Source of the DNA: a virus
Lineage: Duplodnaviria; Caudoviricetes
DNA: 64,000 nt
Strand: one strand, 5' to 3'
Virus record (IMG/VR): IMGVR_UViG_3300003375_000001
Span: 128,001 to 192,000 of that record
Under the pieces are notes generated by a model. It was given only the letters and a program-made list of their open reading frames with translations, searched no databases and was not told where the DNA came from. This document shows positions 45,335 through 57,100 of this stretch, in pieces (within the stretch, counting starts at the first letter, position 1; each line of letters starts with the position of its first letter). Made by a program: the position numbers and the translations under genes.

Positions 45335-46338
45335 ACAATTAACTTTCTTAGCTTGTTGAGGAGGGGGAATGGCATCTTGCAGGGGTCGTAGTCACCTTCG
45401 TACTCCCATAGCTTGAATACCTTAACTTCGTCTACCGCTTCAGGGAGAGGTACAGCTACACGAATTACCTCTCCCTGATTGTTAACCCTATTACCTGTTA
45501 CCATTAAGTCTGCTGCGGCTTTACCTGCGTCATCGCCGTCAGTACACAGTACAAATCTTTCTGCTCCATGCTGCTGAAGAAGGAATATCTTTTCTGACGA
45601 CCAGGACTGTGTTCCTAGTATTGCGATAGCTGGTATACCAGCGAGCAACAAACGTAAGGCGTCTCTAGGTCCTTCTACTAGCACTACGGTTTTCAAGCCT
45701 CGGTCTCTCATAAGCTTAGACGACTGATCAAACATCAGTAAGCCTTTATTCTTAGACCAGAAACCAGGGGCATTTAGGTATGACGGATAGGATCTATCAA
45801 CTGACTTTTGGGGGTACGCCTTGACGTAGCCTACTAACTGATGGTTTACGTTGACAGGTATCCATACAAAGTATCGTTCCTTGTCCTTATGATAGGCTAT
45901 CTTACAGCCTAGTTTAGCTAGGAACGTCAGCTTAAAACCCCGCCACCTGTCTTCAAGGCCCAGCATATAGGCGTTAGTCAGAAGGTCGTAGTACTTTAGG
46001 GGTTCTGTACCTAGCTCTACAGCAGTATCTTCTAGGAGGTCTGCATCATAAAGGTCAAAGCTAGTCGACGGTATCTTGTCCGACTTCTTGTTATCGAAAC
46101 CTTGAAGGCCTGTCGTACTAGCATACTCGTTCCAGGGCTCATTGGCCCCGCAGGCATAGCACTTAGTCCAACCTATCGATCCTGGATAGCGTAGGTTATG
46201 GCTAACACGCAAACTAGGACTATTGTCAGAATGCCAAGGACACTTAACCATTGTGTAAGATGACCCATGACGAGCTCCAGTAACTTTACGAAGTTGATCC
46301 TTTACGAACGCAACCTTTTCCTCAGGGTCTTGACTCAT
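45331..46338 (-). CDS. dnaG: DNA primase
   Basis: Zn finger CPWH.D..PS...CYAC and TOPRIM LVEGPRD / TDGDDAG. Confidence 0.9.
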   Translation of the reverse strand: MSQDPEEKVAFVKDQLRKVTGARHGSSYTMVKCPWHSDNSPSLRVSHNLRYPGSIGWTKCYACGANEPWNEYASTTGLQGFDNKKSDKIPSTSFDLYDADLLEDTAVELGTEPLKYYDLLTNAYMLGLEDRWRGFKLTFLAKLGCKIAYHKDKERYFVWIPVNVNHQLVGYVKAYPQKSVDRSYPSYLNAPGFWSKNKGLLMFDQSSKLMRDRGLKTVVLVEGPRDALRLLLAGIPAIAILGTQSWSSEKIFLLQQHGAERFVLCTDGDDAGKAAADLMVTGNRVNNQGEVIRVAVPLPEAVDEVKVFKLWEYEGDYDPCKMPFPLLNKLRKLIV

Positions 46339-46855
46339 AGCTATTCAGACTAAATAGGTTGGCTTCCAATGCAGCAAACCTCTTTCCTGTTTCCATGCCT
46401 GACCACTTAACCCACTTGGCAGTTAGACGTGCAGGCATTAGTTTTACCGAGAAGGCTTGCATAGGTTTGAACCTGTAAGCCCACCAGTCATTACGGCAAG
46501 AGGCCTGAACAAAAGTGTCCATATCCGCTATATTAGTTATAGCGAGTAAAGCGTTGTTACCACTATAAAAACCGTACAAGTAGGTAGGCAGGCCTACTAC
46601 TTCAAAGGATATAGATTCCTCGTCTGCGGTATAGGATACGCCTAAGCTGTTCCATTCAACTCCCTGGCCTTCTCCTCCTAGATGTTCAACTGGCGAGTTG
46701 GTATACATGTGAACAGCGGTAGGGCCGCGGCTCCACTTGTTCGTGGTAATGTAGTGAGCGTGGGCATTATCACCAACAATAGACCTTGACGCGGGAAGTA
46801 CAAACGGTTTGTCAGTATACAGGGTTAGATAAAATAAGAAGGTGTTGTCAGGCAT
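46322..46855 (-). CDS. hypothetical protein
   Basis: Start set to ATG 46855 (MPDNTF) after AGAAAGG. Confidence 0.6.
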   Translation of the reverse strand: MPDNTFLFYLTLYTDKPFVLPASRSIVGDNAHAHYITTNKWSRGPTAVHMYTNSPVEHLGGEGQGVEWNSLGVSYTADEESISFEVVGLPTYLYGFYSGNNALLAITNIADMDTFVQASCRNDWWAYRFKPMQAFSVKLMPARLTAKWVKWSGMETGKRFAALEANLFSLNSYESRP

Positions 46856-49800
46856 ACTTTGTAGCCTTTCTATAGCTCTTGTCATTAACAGCATCATTGG
46901 ACTCGGGGAGCTTGTACTTGGCAGCGAGCTTAATAAGTCTACGTTCTACCTCTTTGTCCTTAACTGCTAACAGGGGATAATTGTCAATAAGGTATCTTCG
47001 TTTTTCTGGGTCGTTAAGTGGAGCAAAGATAGTGGCAAGAACTTTAGCTCTATGCTTGGCGGGTAGAATATTTAGCTTGATCTGATCGTCAACGGCTGCT
47101 TCTATTACTGCGCCTAAGCTACTATCAGGTGACTTGCTATCTTCCAGAGCTTTAGCCGTACGTTGCTGAATTACTTGCCAGTCCCATTTGTGAGAGTTGT
47201 CTTCCGAAGCCGATACTTCCAGTTCGATTTCAGGCTCTATATTCATCTTCCATCCGAACTCTTCCTCATAGTACTGAGCAAGCCCATGTGTGGCCATATG
47301 GCTCTTTATAAGGAGAGAAGGAATCACCAAGTAGTAAGGCTGTAGGTAGTAGTTAGCATCATGGACTGGTTTTTGGTAGTGAGGCCATAGCTTAGGGTTT
47401 TCCAAGTCGTAGCCAAACTGCCTCATATACTTGTCTATCTCTCTGAGCACAAGGTAACCCGAGGTAGAGCCTGCTTCAGATGCGATACCTTGAATAGGAG
47501 AGTTCTTAGCCCGACGACTAGCGTCAGCAACGAACTTAGGCTTCTCGGTAATGACCCGCCATATATTGCGACGCCGGCCTAGGTTTGATATCAACCACTG
47601 CTTCTCTTCTACCGAGTCAACGCAATAGTCAATGAACTCCTTGCCCTTGCTGAAAGCCTCAAACATTTTGTCGATGATCTCTTGAGCATATTCCTTATCC
47701 TTCTTCAGGTCACGAGCAAGTGTGGCTGAAGATTTTCCGTATAAAACCCCGAATATTATTTGCTTAATGGAATCTCGTAAAGGATCAGACTTCTCAATCC
47801 ACTTACCAAAAAACCGGAAGACGTTCTGAATGTGAAGGTCACCTTTTGTCTTAAGCTGCTTAACTAGTTCCTCTATAGTGGAAGCGACAGCCACCAGAAG
47901 TTCTTTTCTCAGGGCCTGACCTGCTCTGAAACTCTCAGCTAGAGCAGGGTCATTAGCCATTAGTCCCCAAAACCTTACTTCGTTAGCGGAGAAGTCCCAC
48001 TTAACTTGGAGATAGCCTAGAGGCGCCGTAAACATGCGCTTAATGTACTTGGCTGAAGGCCCACGAGAGGGCACCTGCTGTAGTGAAGGTTTAAATGAAT
48101 TTAGACGACCAGTAACTACATTGAAGAAACCAAAAGATGGACGAAGACAATGGTCCAAAGCAGAGTCAACGCTCTTAACGATCTGGTTGTACCACCCCTT
48201 AACGTAGGTAGATAAGAGCTTGGCAGCTTTACCTCGTTCTTCATAAAGCTTGACTTCAGGGTAATTATCAGAATAGGTCTTAAGGAATAGTTTGTCAATA
48301 GCAGGTTTGCCTGTAGACGTAGTAGACACGGGGTCTAGGCCCATCACAGTAAAGAACAGCATGGCCTTGTGGTCAGGCTTGTTAGGCTCGAATACAAACT
48401 GTGTCTTACCAAACAGCGAACTACCCTGAACGTTCTTTTCCTTTAGTAGCCTCTTGTTAGCCTCTATGACGTTAGGGGACTTCTTTAGTTCTGCGTCAAC
48501 ATCTTGAATCACCTTCAAAAGAGGTGATTCCTTACTCATAAGAAATTGCAAGTAGTCGGTGTCAAGATGAGAGCCTGACTGATGGTTATGGCTGATACCT
48601 AATACGGTATTCGACATCTGCTTAGAAACATGCCGATAGTAAAACTTTTCATAAGTCTTACCTGGAGATAACTTGATTCGTCTAGCCCTAGCCAGTTGTT
48701 GCCGACGAATACCTAGTACGGACTGGGTATCTGCAACACAGTAGTTTTGCGCGGGTACGTCTTTAAGGATATCAACGTGCCCGATTGTGCTCCGTTGTTC
48801 TTTTGAAAACGAGGCCGTGTAATAGTAGTCGTTACCGTAGTGACAGAAAAGATTACGTAGGTTACCCATCGTCGTCTTTTCACGAACTCCACCTCCAGTG
48901 TCAAACTTGAAGCGGTCCATTAGACCCACGTTTTCATCCAGAAGTACTTCACCAGCAGTCACGTCCCATACCTTGTGGTATAGATAGGGTATCTTAAGCT
49001 TAGCCCGGATAACGCGAGTGTCAAAGGCTAGGTTAGTACCAACAAACTCCTTGACCTTCTTGTTTGTGGCAAAGAACTTGCGGAGCTTACCTTCTATGTA
49101 CTCTAACTCTTCCTCGTTGAAACACGTCTTAGGATGACGCCAAGGAAGTAGAAAACCTTCTGTCTCGTCAAAGGAAAACTGAGCAGTGTAGATTGTGTTA
49201 TGCTCACTTTCAAGATTCTCTGTTTCTAAGTCAAAGCCTATTGGTTCCTCTGTTTTGACCAATCTACTAAATAGTACGTCAAACTTTTCGATGGTATCAA
49301 CTACCGTACACTTAGGCTTTATGTGAGATAAGTCGTGAAGGTGTTTGCCGGCAAAGGCATTCATCAGGTTACGGGCAACGAAGTACAGTAAGTCGGCTGC
49401 TCCTGACACGTCGTCAAAGTCTGATTCGTCATCGTCTATAGTAGCACCGCCCGGATTATACAAACTCTCAAGGTCGAGAGTAGTAGTTACCTTGGCCTCT
49501 GTTTCGCCGAAGGTACAAGTGTGTACCCAGCCTCTCTTATACTGAAAGTTGTCTACTTGATGGCCTATAAGATTGCTAGCAGCCGCGTCACCCATAATGA
49601 TGACATCCGTCGGCTTTAGCCTATCTATTATTTGAGTTACGCGCTTTGAGCACGCACGTTCTGCGTTCAGCCTGTCCGTACCTTTCTTGTGGTAGAACTT
49701 AGCTGCGTTAAAGTTAACGACGGCGATGGAAGCCTCAAAGTCTTTAGGCTCCTTAAAGTATTCTTGGAGAAGACCCCAGGCTGCTTGATTCACGTTGGTA

Positions 49801-50033
49801 AACGTGGGAATCATTGCGTTTGCTTCGTGGTTCTTTATTTTGAGGCTATGGAACAACTCACCATTCTTTATGTCAATAGAATCCATAGACTCAAGGACAT
49901 AAAGAATACGGCGTTTTGCCGTTTTCCAAGTAGAGTGAACTTTGGGAACAATCTCGTATCCGTCTTCAATTGCGAGACGGCTAAATGACTCTACAGGTGT
50001 TAGCTGACTAACGAGGCGTTTGAAGGAAGGCAT
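46848..50033 (-). CDS. polA: family A DNA polymerase with N-terminal uracil-DNA-glycosylase-like domain
   Basis: Exo I FDLETE; motif A WDFSANEVR, motif B RDSIKQIIFGVLYG, NSPIQG, motif C VHDA. N-terminal ...LKPTDVIIMGD resembles a UDG-like fold. Start set to MPSF. Confidence 0.92.
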   Translation of the reverse strand: MPSFKRLVSQLTPVESFSRLAIEDGYEIVPKVHSTWKTAKRRILYVLESMDSIDIKNGELFHSLKIKNHEANAMIPTFTNVNQAAWGLLQEYFKEPKDFEASIAVVNFNAAKFYHKKGTDRLNAERACSKRVTQIIDRLKPTDVIIMGDAAASNLIGHQVDNFQYKRGWVHTCTFGETEAKVTTTLDLESLYNPGGATIDDDESDFDDVSGAADLLYFVARNLMNAFAGKHLHDLSHIKPKCTVVDTIEKFDVLFSRLVKTEEPIGFDLETENLESEHNTIYTAQFSFDETEGFLLPWRHPKTCFNEEELEYIEGKLRKFFATNKKVKEFVGTNLAFDTRVIRAKLKIPYLYHKVWDVTAGEVLLDENVGLMDRFKFDTGGGVREKTTMGNLRNLFCHYGNDYYYTASFSKEQRSTIGHVDILKDVPAQNYCVADTQSVLGIRRQQLARARRIKLSPGKTYEKFYYRHVSKQMSNTVLGISHNHQSGSHLDTDYLQFLMSKESPLLKVIQDVDAELKKSPNVIEANKRLLKEKNVQGSSLFGKTQFVFEPNKPDHKAMLFFTVMGLDPVSTTSTGKPAIDKLFLKTYSDNYPEVKLYEERGKAAKLLSTYVKGWYNQIVKSVDSALDHCLRPSFGFFNVVTGRLNSFKPSLQQVPSRGPSAKYIKRMFTAPLGYLQVKWDFSANEVRFWGLMANDPALAESFRAGQALRKELLVAVASTIEELVKQLKTKGDLHIQNVFRFFGKWIEKSDPLRDSIKQIIFGVLYGKSSATLARDLKKDKEYAQEIIDKMFEAFSKGKEFIDYCVDSVEEKQWLISNLGRRRNIWRVITEKPKFVADASRRAKNSPIQGIASEAGSTSGYLVLREIDKYMRQFGYDLENPKLWPHYQKPVHDANYYLQPYYLVIPSLLIKSHMATHGLAQYYEEEFGWKMNIEPEIELEVSASEDNSHKWDWQVIQQRTAKALEDSKSPDSSLGAVIEAAVDDQIKLNILPAKHRAKVLATIFAPLNDPEKRRYLIDNYPLLAVKDKEVERRLIKLAAKYKLPESNDAVNDKSYRKATKYA
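46884..46891 (-). promoter_or_regulatory. CTGTTAAT candidate phage promoter element
   Basis: 28 nt upstream of ATG 46855. Confidence 0.35.
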
Positions 50034-50066
50034 ATGGATGTAAGGGAGAAGCCTGCTGATACTGCG

Positions 50067-50074
50067 ATTAACAG
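50067..50074 (-). promoter_or_regulatory. CTGTTAAT candidate phage promoter element
   Basis: 33 nt upstream of polymerase ATG 50033. Confidence 0.45.
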
Positions 50075-50091
50075 TAGGAGCAGGCTTCAGG

Positions 50092-50478
50092 TTAGGCAAA
50101 GGACATAGTTACAGTGGCAGGGCTAGTACCTGTAAATGTGAACCTTACCGCAGTGGGCACTTGCAGAGCAGGGTCTTGCGCAGGTGTATCGGCTGTCATA
50201 CTGGCTAAGGCCGTACGCCAGTGATACTGAGCTGGACCGCCTTCAGAGTCTTGGAGAATACGATCTGCGTTTAGAGCAGACTGGGTAATCTCTATCTTGA
50301 CATTTGCAGCACCAGCACCGTATGACATAAAGGTGGGGACGCGTTCTAGCGGACGAACCATGCTAGTAACAGGTACTACTACGATGGAGCCTGTAGAGGC
50401 TGTACCGTCATACCCGATATCTATCATTTGACTTCCAGAAGGACGGGCCCTGGAAGTACGTTTAACGATTATGGACAT
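50092..50478 (-). CDS. hypothetical protein (beta-rich, possibly virion)
   Basis: 128 aa. Confidence 0.6.
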   Translation of the reverse strand: MSIIVKRTSRARPSGSQMIDIGYDGTASTGSIVVVPVTSMVRPLERVPTFMSYGAGAANVKIEITQSALNADRILQDSEGGPAQYHWRTALASMTADTPAQDPALQVPTAVRFTFTGTSPATVTMSFA

Positions 50479-50481
50479 AGG

Positions 50482-51081
50482 TTAGACTGCAGGTGTAGGC
50501 GTAGGGGTGTCTGTTGGAGGAGTAGCCGTAGCAGTTGTGTCTGTTGGAGGCGTCGTTGTAGCCGCCGCATCTGTAGATGGTGTCGTTTCTGTTGGAGGCG
50601 TAGCCGTAGCAGTTGTGTCTGTAGTAGTGTCAACTGGTGGTGCAGGTGAGTCAATAACCGGAGGCACTGTAGCGTCAGTTAGAGGCACGATAGTGTCTAA
50701 CACGGGGTCGGCGGGGTGACCTTCTTGCGCGTCTATGGCTATAGAATCTGCTTCCAAGGAGGCCTCTACTTCTGCAAACTTTTCAGTATCAGCTGGTGGC
50801 ACGTACAAAGCGGCGATATCAACGTTACCCGTTGTAGCTGCTTGGATTGCGTCAATACTAACTTTAACGAACCCTTCATCCTGTAGCATAGCTATAACGG
50901 CATCCGGAAGAATATCCAAGTTTTCGATGGACATGGCGGCTGTTTCTCTGCTGATACCACCATAGTAATTAAGGATACCTGCGTAAGAAACGAAGTCCTG
51001 TGCTGTTAGCTGTTCGGTAAGCTCTGGGGAAGTGGTCGCGTTCAAACGAATCAGAGCGTTTTTAATGATGATGGCTGACAT
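50482..51081 (-). CDS. acidic hypothetical protein with Thr/Pro repeat tail
   Basis: TDTTATATPP twice; 23-bp repeat at 50522-50544 and 50600-50622. Confidence 0.65.
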   Translation of the reverse strand: MSAIIIKNALIRLNATTSPELTEQLTAQDFVSYAGILNYYGGISRETAAMSIENLDILPDAVIAMLQDEGFVKVSIDAIQAATTGNVDIAALYVPPADTEKFAEVEASLEADSIAIDAQEGHPADPVLDTIVPLTDATVPPVIDSPAPPVDTTTDTTATATPPTETTPSTDAAATTTPPTDTTATATPPTDTPTPTPAV

Positions 51082-51144
51082 AGTAGTCCTTTGCTAGGTA
51101 AATGCTAGGTGATGTCTGTTTGAATACCACCTAGCGGTTTGTGA

Positions 51145-54100
51145 TTACTTGAGCTGAATGCCCGTATACAACTGAGGAGATACCTTTTGAAGTCGCTTAC
51201 GTTCCTTCTTGAGGTCTTCAATGTTAGTGATGACAAACCCTTTCTTTATCATCAGAGCCAAGTGATGGTCTAGTTTAGCCAAGTTAGACACCGTACCGTA
51301 AAGTTGATTTTTGGTGTCGGCCTTGTAGAAACGAACACCTGGAACCTTAACCTTGTTGATAGCCTTCATTGTTGCAGGGTGACCTAACAACGGCATAGCC
51401 ACATATACTTGATCTTCGTATATCAGTGGATAAGGGAACAGCAGAGACATGTCAGCATTGGCCTTGTGCTGCATTTGGAAGAACGACCTTACAGTAGCAT
51501 CTGTTGCCATGCCAAACTGGTGCACCGCGTTCTTTCTTTGCTTCATCCAACGCTGATAAACGTTCTTACAAGCATTGTTAGACTTGGCATCGAAAGTAAA
51601 CCCCGCGTCTGTCCAAGCCTTGAACAGCTTGAACATATGCTGAGGCGTCTTCATGACAGCGTACATATAAGGCTGAGGCTGGGTGAAGCCGATACCTTCA
51701 AGAGCGCGAGCACCACCCGGGTTCTTTTCAACGCCATCAAACTCTAGGTTTATGAAGTCATTGACCACTGTAATTTCCAGAGCAACGTGGATGCGCTCGT
51801 CTGTGTCTTCAGCCTTCTTCTTGGGGATAACAACCTCGGTTGCGTTCTTTACCTGGATGTCATATGGAACATCGAAAGGGATGTCACCTGACTCTTTGAG
51901 AATCAGTGTACGCATGTCACCGTGGTTAGTCTGCGCTCTATTGATAACGAAAGCGGCAAGCTTGTTAACTACGACCTTGTTACCACTAGACAATTCGATG
52001 CGTAAGGCCCTCTTACTTAGGCCCACGATCTGACCATCGCCATACTCCGTGTGAACCCAGAAGTTAGAGACCTTGTTGAATTCTGCGCGACTAAGCTCTT
52101 TCTGCGCAATGGACTCTTTTTCTTCTCCTTCGTCCTCGTCATCCTCTTCAGAGTCGTCCAAGTCCTGCATAAGAAACTGATCGTAACGAACAAGCCCCAA
52201 CTCCTCAGCCTTGTATATGTCAAGACCTGGCACATAAGGGACTCTATACATCAGCTTAGAATTAGGCAAGTTGGGTGCGCGCACAATTGGGGTCATGCGG
52301 CAGGAGCCGTCTTCGTTCATGTCTTCCGGATGTTGCTCCCGATACGCGGCGTAGTCCTTGAACTGAGCTACGTGCATTGCCGTGTATGCTTCAAATGCAG
52401 GGCGCAGCTCATCGGCAGTAGTTTCGTTCGACCTAGCAATAACGTCTAGAGTCATCGGAAACAGGTCAGGGCTAGGAACGTTCTCATCACTGTATAGAGG
52501 GTTACCCGCTTCCTCGAACTTAGTGATAACAACCTTCTTAGATACCAGGTAGGCTAGCTTGGTAACGTCGATTGTTCCAGCTGCGATGACCCAGTCTATG
52601 TATATGAACTTGCGCTCTTCCTTGACCTTGATGTTAGGTCTGCCAATACGGGAGTTACCTTGTTCAAGAGCACCAGGCGTCCAAACGGAATCAACACGAA
52701 TTAGCCTAGAGCAATTGTGAACTAGAACTGGTATAGCAACGTCAGCTTTACCTTCTGTAGTGCCACACGCAAAGAAGTTATGGTTTCCTTCTACTTCAAG
52801 GTCATACTTATAGTCACCAATGACTTTAGCACTATGCAAAGGTGTGATAGCATTAACGGTAAGATAGTGGTTGTTTATAAAGGAATCCAGTCTAGCGTGA
52901 ACTTTCTCTAGACCTTCGCTATCGTAACAGGCATCAGCTTCTATAATAAGACACTCTATACCCTTGTCAGCATAGGCTTTTATTAGCTTACGATCATGTA
53001 CTTTACCTCTCTTTGTATATTGGCGAGCACCAATAACCTCAACGACACGCAAAGAACGACCCTTGGAGCTAGTGTGCTCGGTAGAAATAAAGTCTGGATT
53101 TTTAACTACGCGTTGTCCGTCGATTTCAAGGGAAACGAAGTACTGACCGTCGCCCACGTACTTCAAGCCAGGTATTTCAAGCGAAATTACATTACGCTCA
53201 GGCTTATTAGGAAGTGTTCCTTGAGCCTTTAGCATGGCGCGTACGCCTTTGGCTGTAAAAGAAGGATCTGTGGCGTGACGGGCCTTTACTATAGAACTAC
53301 GGAGCTTACGTGACGCAGGCTTCAGACACGCGTCCGATATAGCATTACCCCAGTCAACGTCTTCGCCTGTTTCACGTTTGGCTTCCCAAATACCTTTTGA
53401 TACAACACTCCGGGCCTCTCGATTTTCTTGGATTTCCCAGTAGGCATTTCTGCGTTTGGAAATAAGTTCTCGATAAGCAGCGTCTTTCCAATTAGCTTTA
53501 GACCTCTTAGACATAGCCTTACGGGCTTCATCTGTAGAGCAAGCTTTTGCTATGGCTGCACCTACAACCTTCTTATAAACGTCGTCTGCCCAAAGTGCTC
53601 TTAGTCTATTACTGTGGGCTGCGCGGCGCACAGGATCTTTCCATGCTTTTTTGCCCCCTTCCGTTGTTCTCTTACGCGCAGCCTTACCTGCGGGCATGGT
53701 CTCAAACGCTTTACGCTTGGCTACGATTAGTTCCCTGTAAGTATCGTCCTCCCAACGCGTGGTAGCATGAAACACTTGAGTTTGCTTATAGTTTGCAAAT
53801 TTCTCTGTATCAATACCATGCACGGTTGCTCTGTGCTTGTTTAATCCAGGACCTGGGCGGAAAATATAGCCGCACTCTGCGCACGCCACGTTCTTTACCT
53901 GACCTCTTGGGATAAACGAGCCGTCTGCGTCCAGTTTGAGCTGATCAAATTTACGGCCGTAAGTAATAAGCTGGTCACCTACTTTAAGGTCTTTGGCTTG
54001 AACTTCCTTACCGCCTTTCAAAAAGAAAGTATGGTTGTCCGTACACTTTACCTGTGCCCGTTCACCTGACTTATTGTCCTGTGTGGACACGCTAACAAAC

Positions 54101-57100
54101 TTGTCCTTATCACGTACTTTGGTACGGATCTTTCGAAGAATCTTACGAGGTTCTATCTTCTTAGTTTCCAAGTCATAAGACAGAACTTCTGTGATGGCGT
54201 CGTTCTCGTAAATATCCTTAATAGGCAATGACGTTTTACGATCAATCAGAACAGGTGTGTCCGCTGTGAAGCAGAATTGAAGGTTCAAGCCCGTGTTCAT
54301 AGAAACTTCAACACCCACCATAATTTTCTTGTTGGGGTTGGTTTCAAACTCGGCTCCGCACTCAGCCTTGTTAGAAGCCGTATACAGAATTGCTTGGGCT
54401 TTAAGCTCTGGAGGTAAGCACTCGAAGATAGTCTGAGCCGACTGATTGTAGTTACAGAAAATCAGTACCTTACCTGGCGTATTACTATCCAGGTGCTTCT
54501 TAACCAGTTCAATTACTTTAAGAACCTTAGGGCTGACTCGGTCTTCACCTTCCAGCATAACTGTAGCCAGAGGGTCGGCGGCTGGAGATATAACGTAGCG
54601 TTCTAGTCGTTGCAGATAGGGCTTGAGCAGGCTATCGATGTCAAGATCGTCTGCATTGGACTCCTCGTCTTCACCGTCCTCTGATTGCCCCGTAAGCAAG
54701 AACCTCAGTGCCTTATTCTTAGACATCTCCTCTTGAATAAGCAAGGTTACTTCTTCAAGAATAGACTTGTAGACGTGTTGTTGTTTAGGTGTCAAAGACA
54801 CCATGTGCGTATTTTCTTTCAGCAGAGGCAAGAAGGCAGCCCACTCTTTACGTTTAGCGTTAACCACTACCACGCTAGACTTAAGACGAGACATAATGTC
54901 GTTTTCCGCACCTGGCTTCCACGACATGACCTTGTTGCCACGAACGTCATCGGCATACTTATTGATGAAGTCTGCTTGACTACCAAAGATGGAAGGATCA
55001 AACAAACTCACCTGCTTAACCAAGTCCATCAGGCTGTTAGGCGTAACGGTACCAGAGGCTAAACGTTTGTAAGGGATATCGGAGATAAGACGAGCTACCG
55101 CGTTCTGACGGCCTGTTGTGCCCTTCAAGTAATGGGACTCATCGCAAGCCACGTAGTCAAACTTGAACTTGCGCAGCATTTCGACAACAGGAAACACATT
55201 GGTAGGAGCTACGCCATAACCAATCGGCGTCTTTTTACTCTTACCATTACCAATGTTATAGTCTGTCACAACCACAGTATTAACGGGGGCTGTGCGGATC
55301 ATCTGTTCCAGACCACTCAGGCCATGGCGACGAGGACTCATAGTATAGCTATTCACCGCGATCACGTTAACGCGACCTTCAGTGAAGTACACGAACTCCT
55401 TGACGTACTGGCCTACAAGGTGTGAAGGGCACATGATAAGGACACGGTGTACGTGACCTAACTTCATTTCCTTCAGCGCGTCTGTCAGAATCATTGTGGT
55501 CTTACCACCACCTGCGCTAACTGCTAAGATAGCAAACTCTGGAGAATTCCTAAGAACGTTTTGAGCACGAACTTGGTGAGGCATTAAGCCTTTGCCTTCA
55601 CCCACAAAAGGAATAGACTCGCCTTGGTAGTTGGCATCTACACCTTGGTGCTCATACTTTTTACGAGCCTCACGGTCTGTCGAAAACGTAGTTTCGATAT
55701 CCTTTCCGTACAGCTCTGCTATCTTAGTTACCGCCACAACGCTACACACGGTTTGAACCGTGTAGGCTATGCACAATGTCTCAAACGAGGTGGCAGCCAG
55801 TTCGTTAACAAGAGCGATAGCTTCCCAAATAGCCTTCTTACTATTGAGGTTAGTCTCCACAGTGAGAATGTCGGCGAAGGTGATATCACTGGGTTCTGTC
55901 TCAGCCTCGTCGTCTCTAGCCCTAATCGTTTCTACCATTACGGGCAAAAGCGTTTTCAGGTCTGGCATAGGAGTTTTCACATTGCCATTGCCTGTTGACA
56001 CTGATCGCAATAGAGTATAGGCATTGCCTCCGCGTTCACCGTTCACTGGCTGACGAAGCAGGCGGGCCGCGTGAGTTGCATTAACCGGATACGAGCGATC
56101 AAGAGACTTGACCATCAACTTACCATCACGGTTAGAATAGGCAAACTTCAGGTTAACCCAGTCGGTAAATATAGGCTGTGACGGTGGAAACTGCTTACGT
56201 TCCGTAGTCTTGTCAAGAGGTATGGCACATAGCACACCGTCTGCCTGAGACAAGGCAGCTCTAAGCTCCGAGTCATACTTACCTACGTTGTTTGACTCTT
56301 GAGGTATGTACCATAGATCCGCGTTTTCGTCTATGAGAATACCGTGTTCATTCGCGCGAGACTCACCCTTTACGCCTTGAATAGACTGAGCTATAGACGA
56401 TAAGGGGAGTGCAAACTTTGGAGGGTCACGGAAGTAGCCTAGGCGGCCGTCAATCCATTCACGGATAAGACCATAGAAGTCAATTGGTCGAATCTGCATC
56501 CAAGGTGTCTGACACAAGTATTCTGCTTGCATTGACGTTACTTCGAACGTCAAAAAGGTTGTGACCTGTTCGCCTACAACTGCTATGGACACTTGACCGT
56601 TGTTCAAACCCTTAAGTGCCGCAAGATAAGCAGTCTTGAAGATACCTCCAGTATCGCGGAGAGACTCGACGGACTGGGTATGCGTTACTTGGATAGTCAC
56701 AGTTTCGTTAGGGAACTGAGGTGTCAACGAAACCGCTGGATCAGTATATAGACCTTCTGGCTGGTCATTACCACAGAATATTTGCTTCAGTTTTTCTGTC
56801 CAGGTGCTGGCCCCTTCAAGAGGCATAGTGAACACAGGAACAGACACTTCAAACGTGTTGTTGAGCTTCTTTACCTTTACAAGGCTAGACGCAGCGGAAT
56901 CAGTCCAGAACTCTGCTAGCTGATTGATAGCCTTGTTGTACTGCGCGCGATCACGACCAGAAGGTGGACGTTGAACCAGTTGAGGATATAGGACAGCCGT
57001 AGTGAAAGCAGCCCAAGACCAGCGAGAATTCTTGATCCTGTTGTTATACAGGAACATGAACCCCGTTTTCATGTCTAAGGCACGCACGAAGGCAGGGTTA

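Noticed and set aside
51104-51135. GCTAGGTG/CACCTAGC inverted repeat as a terminator
   Set aside because: 16-nt loop and no convincing U tract on the minus strand.
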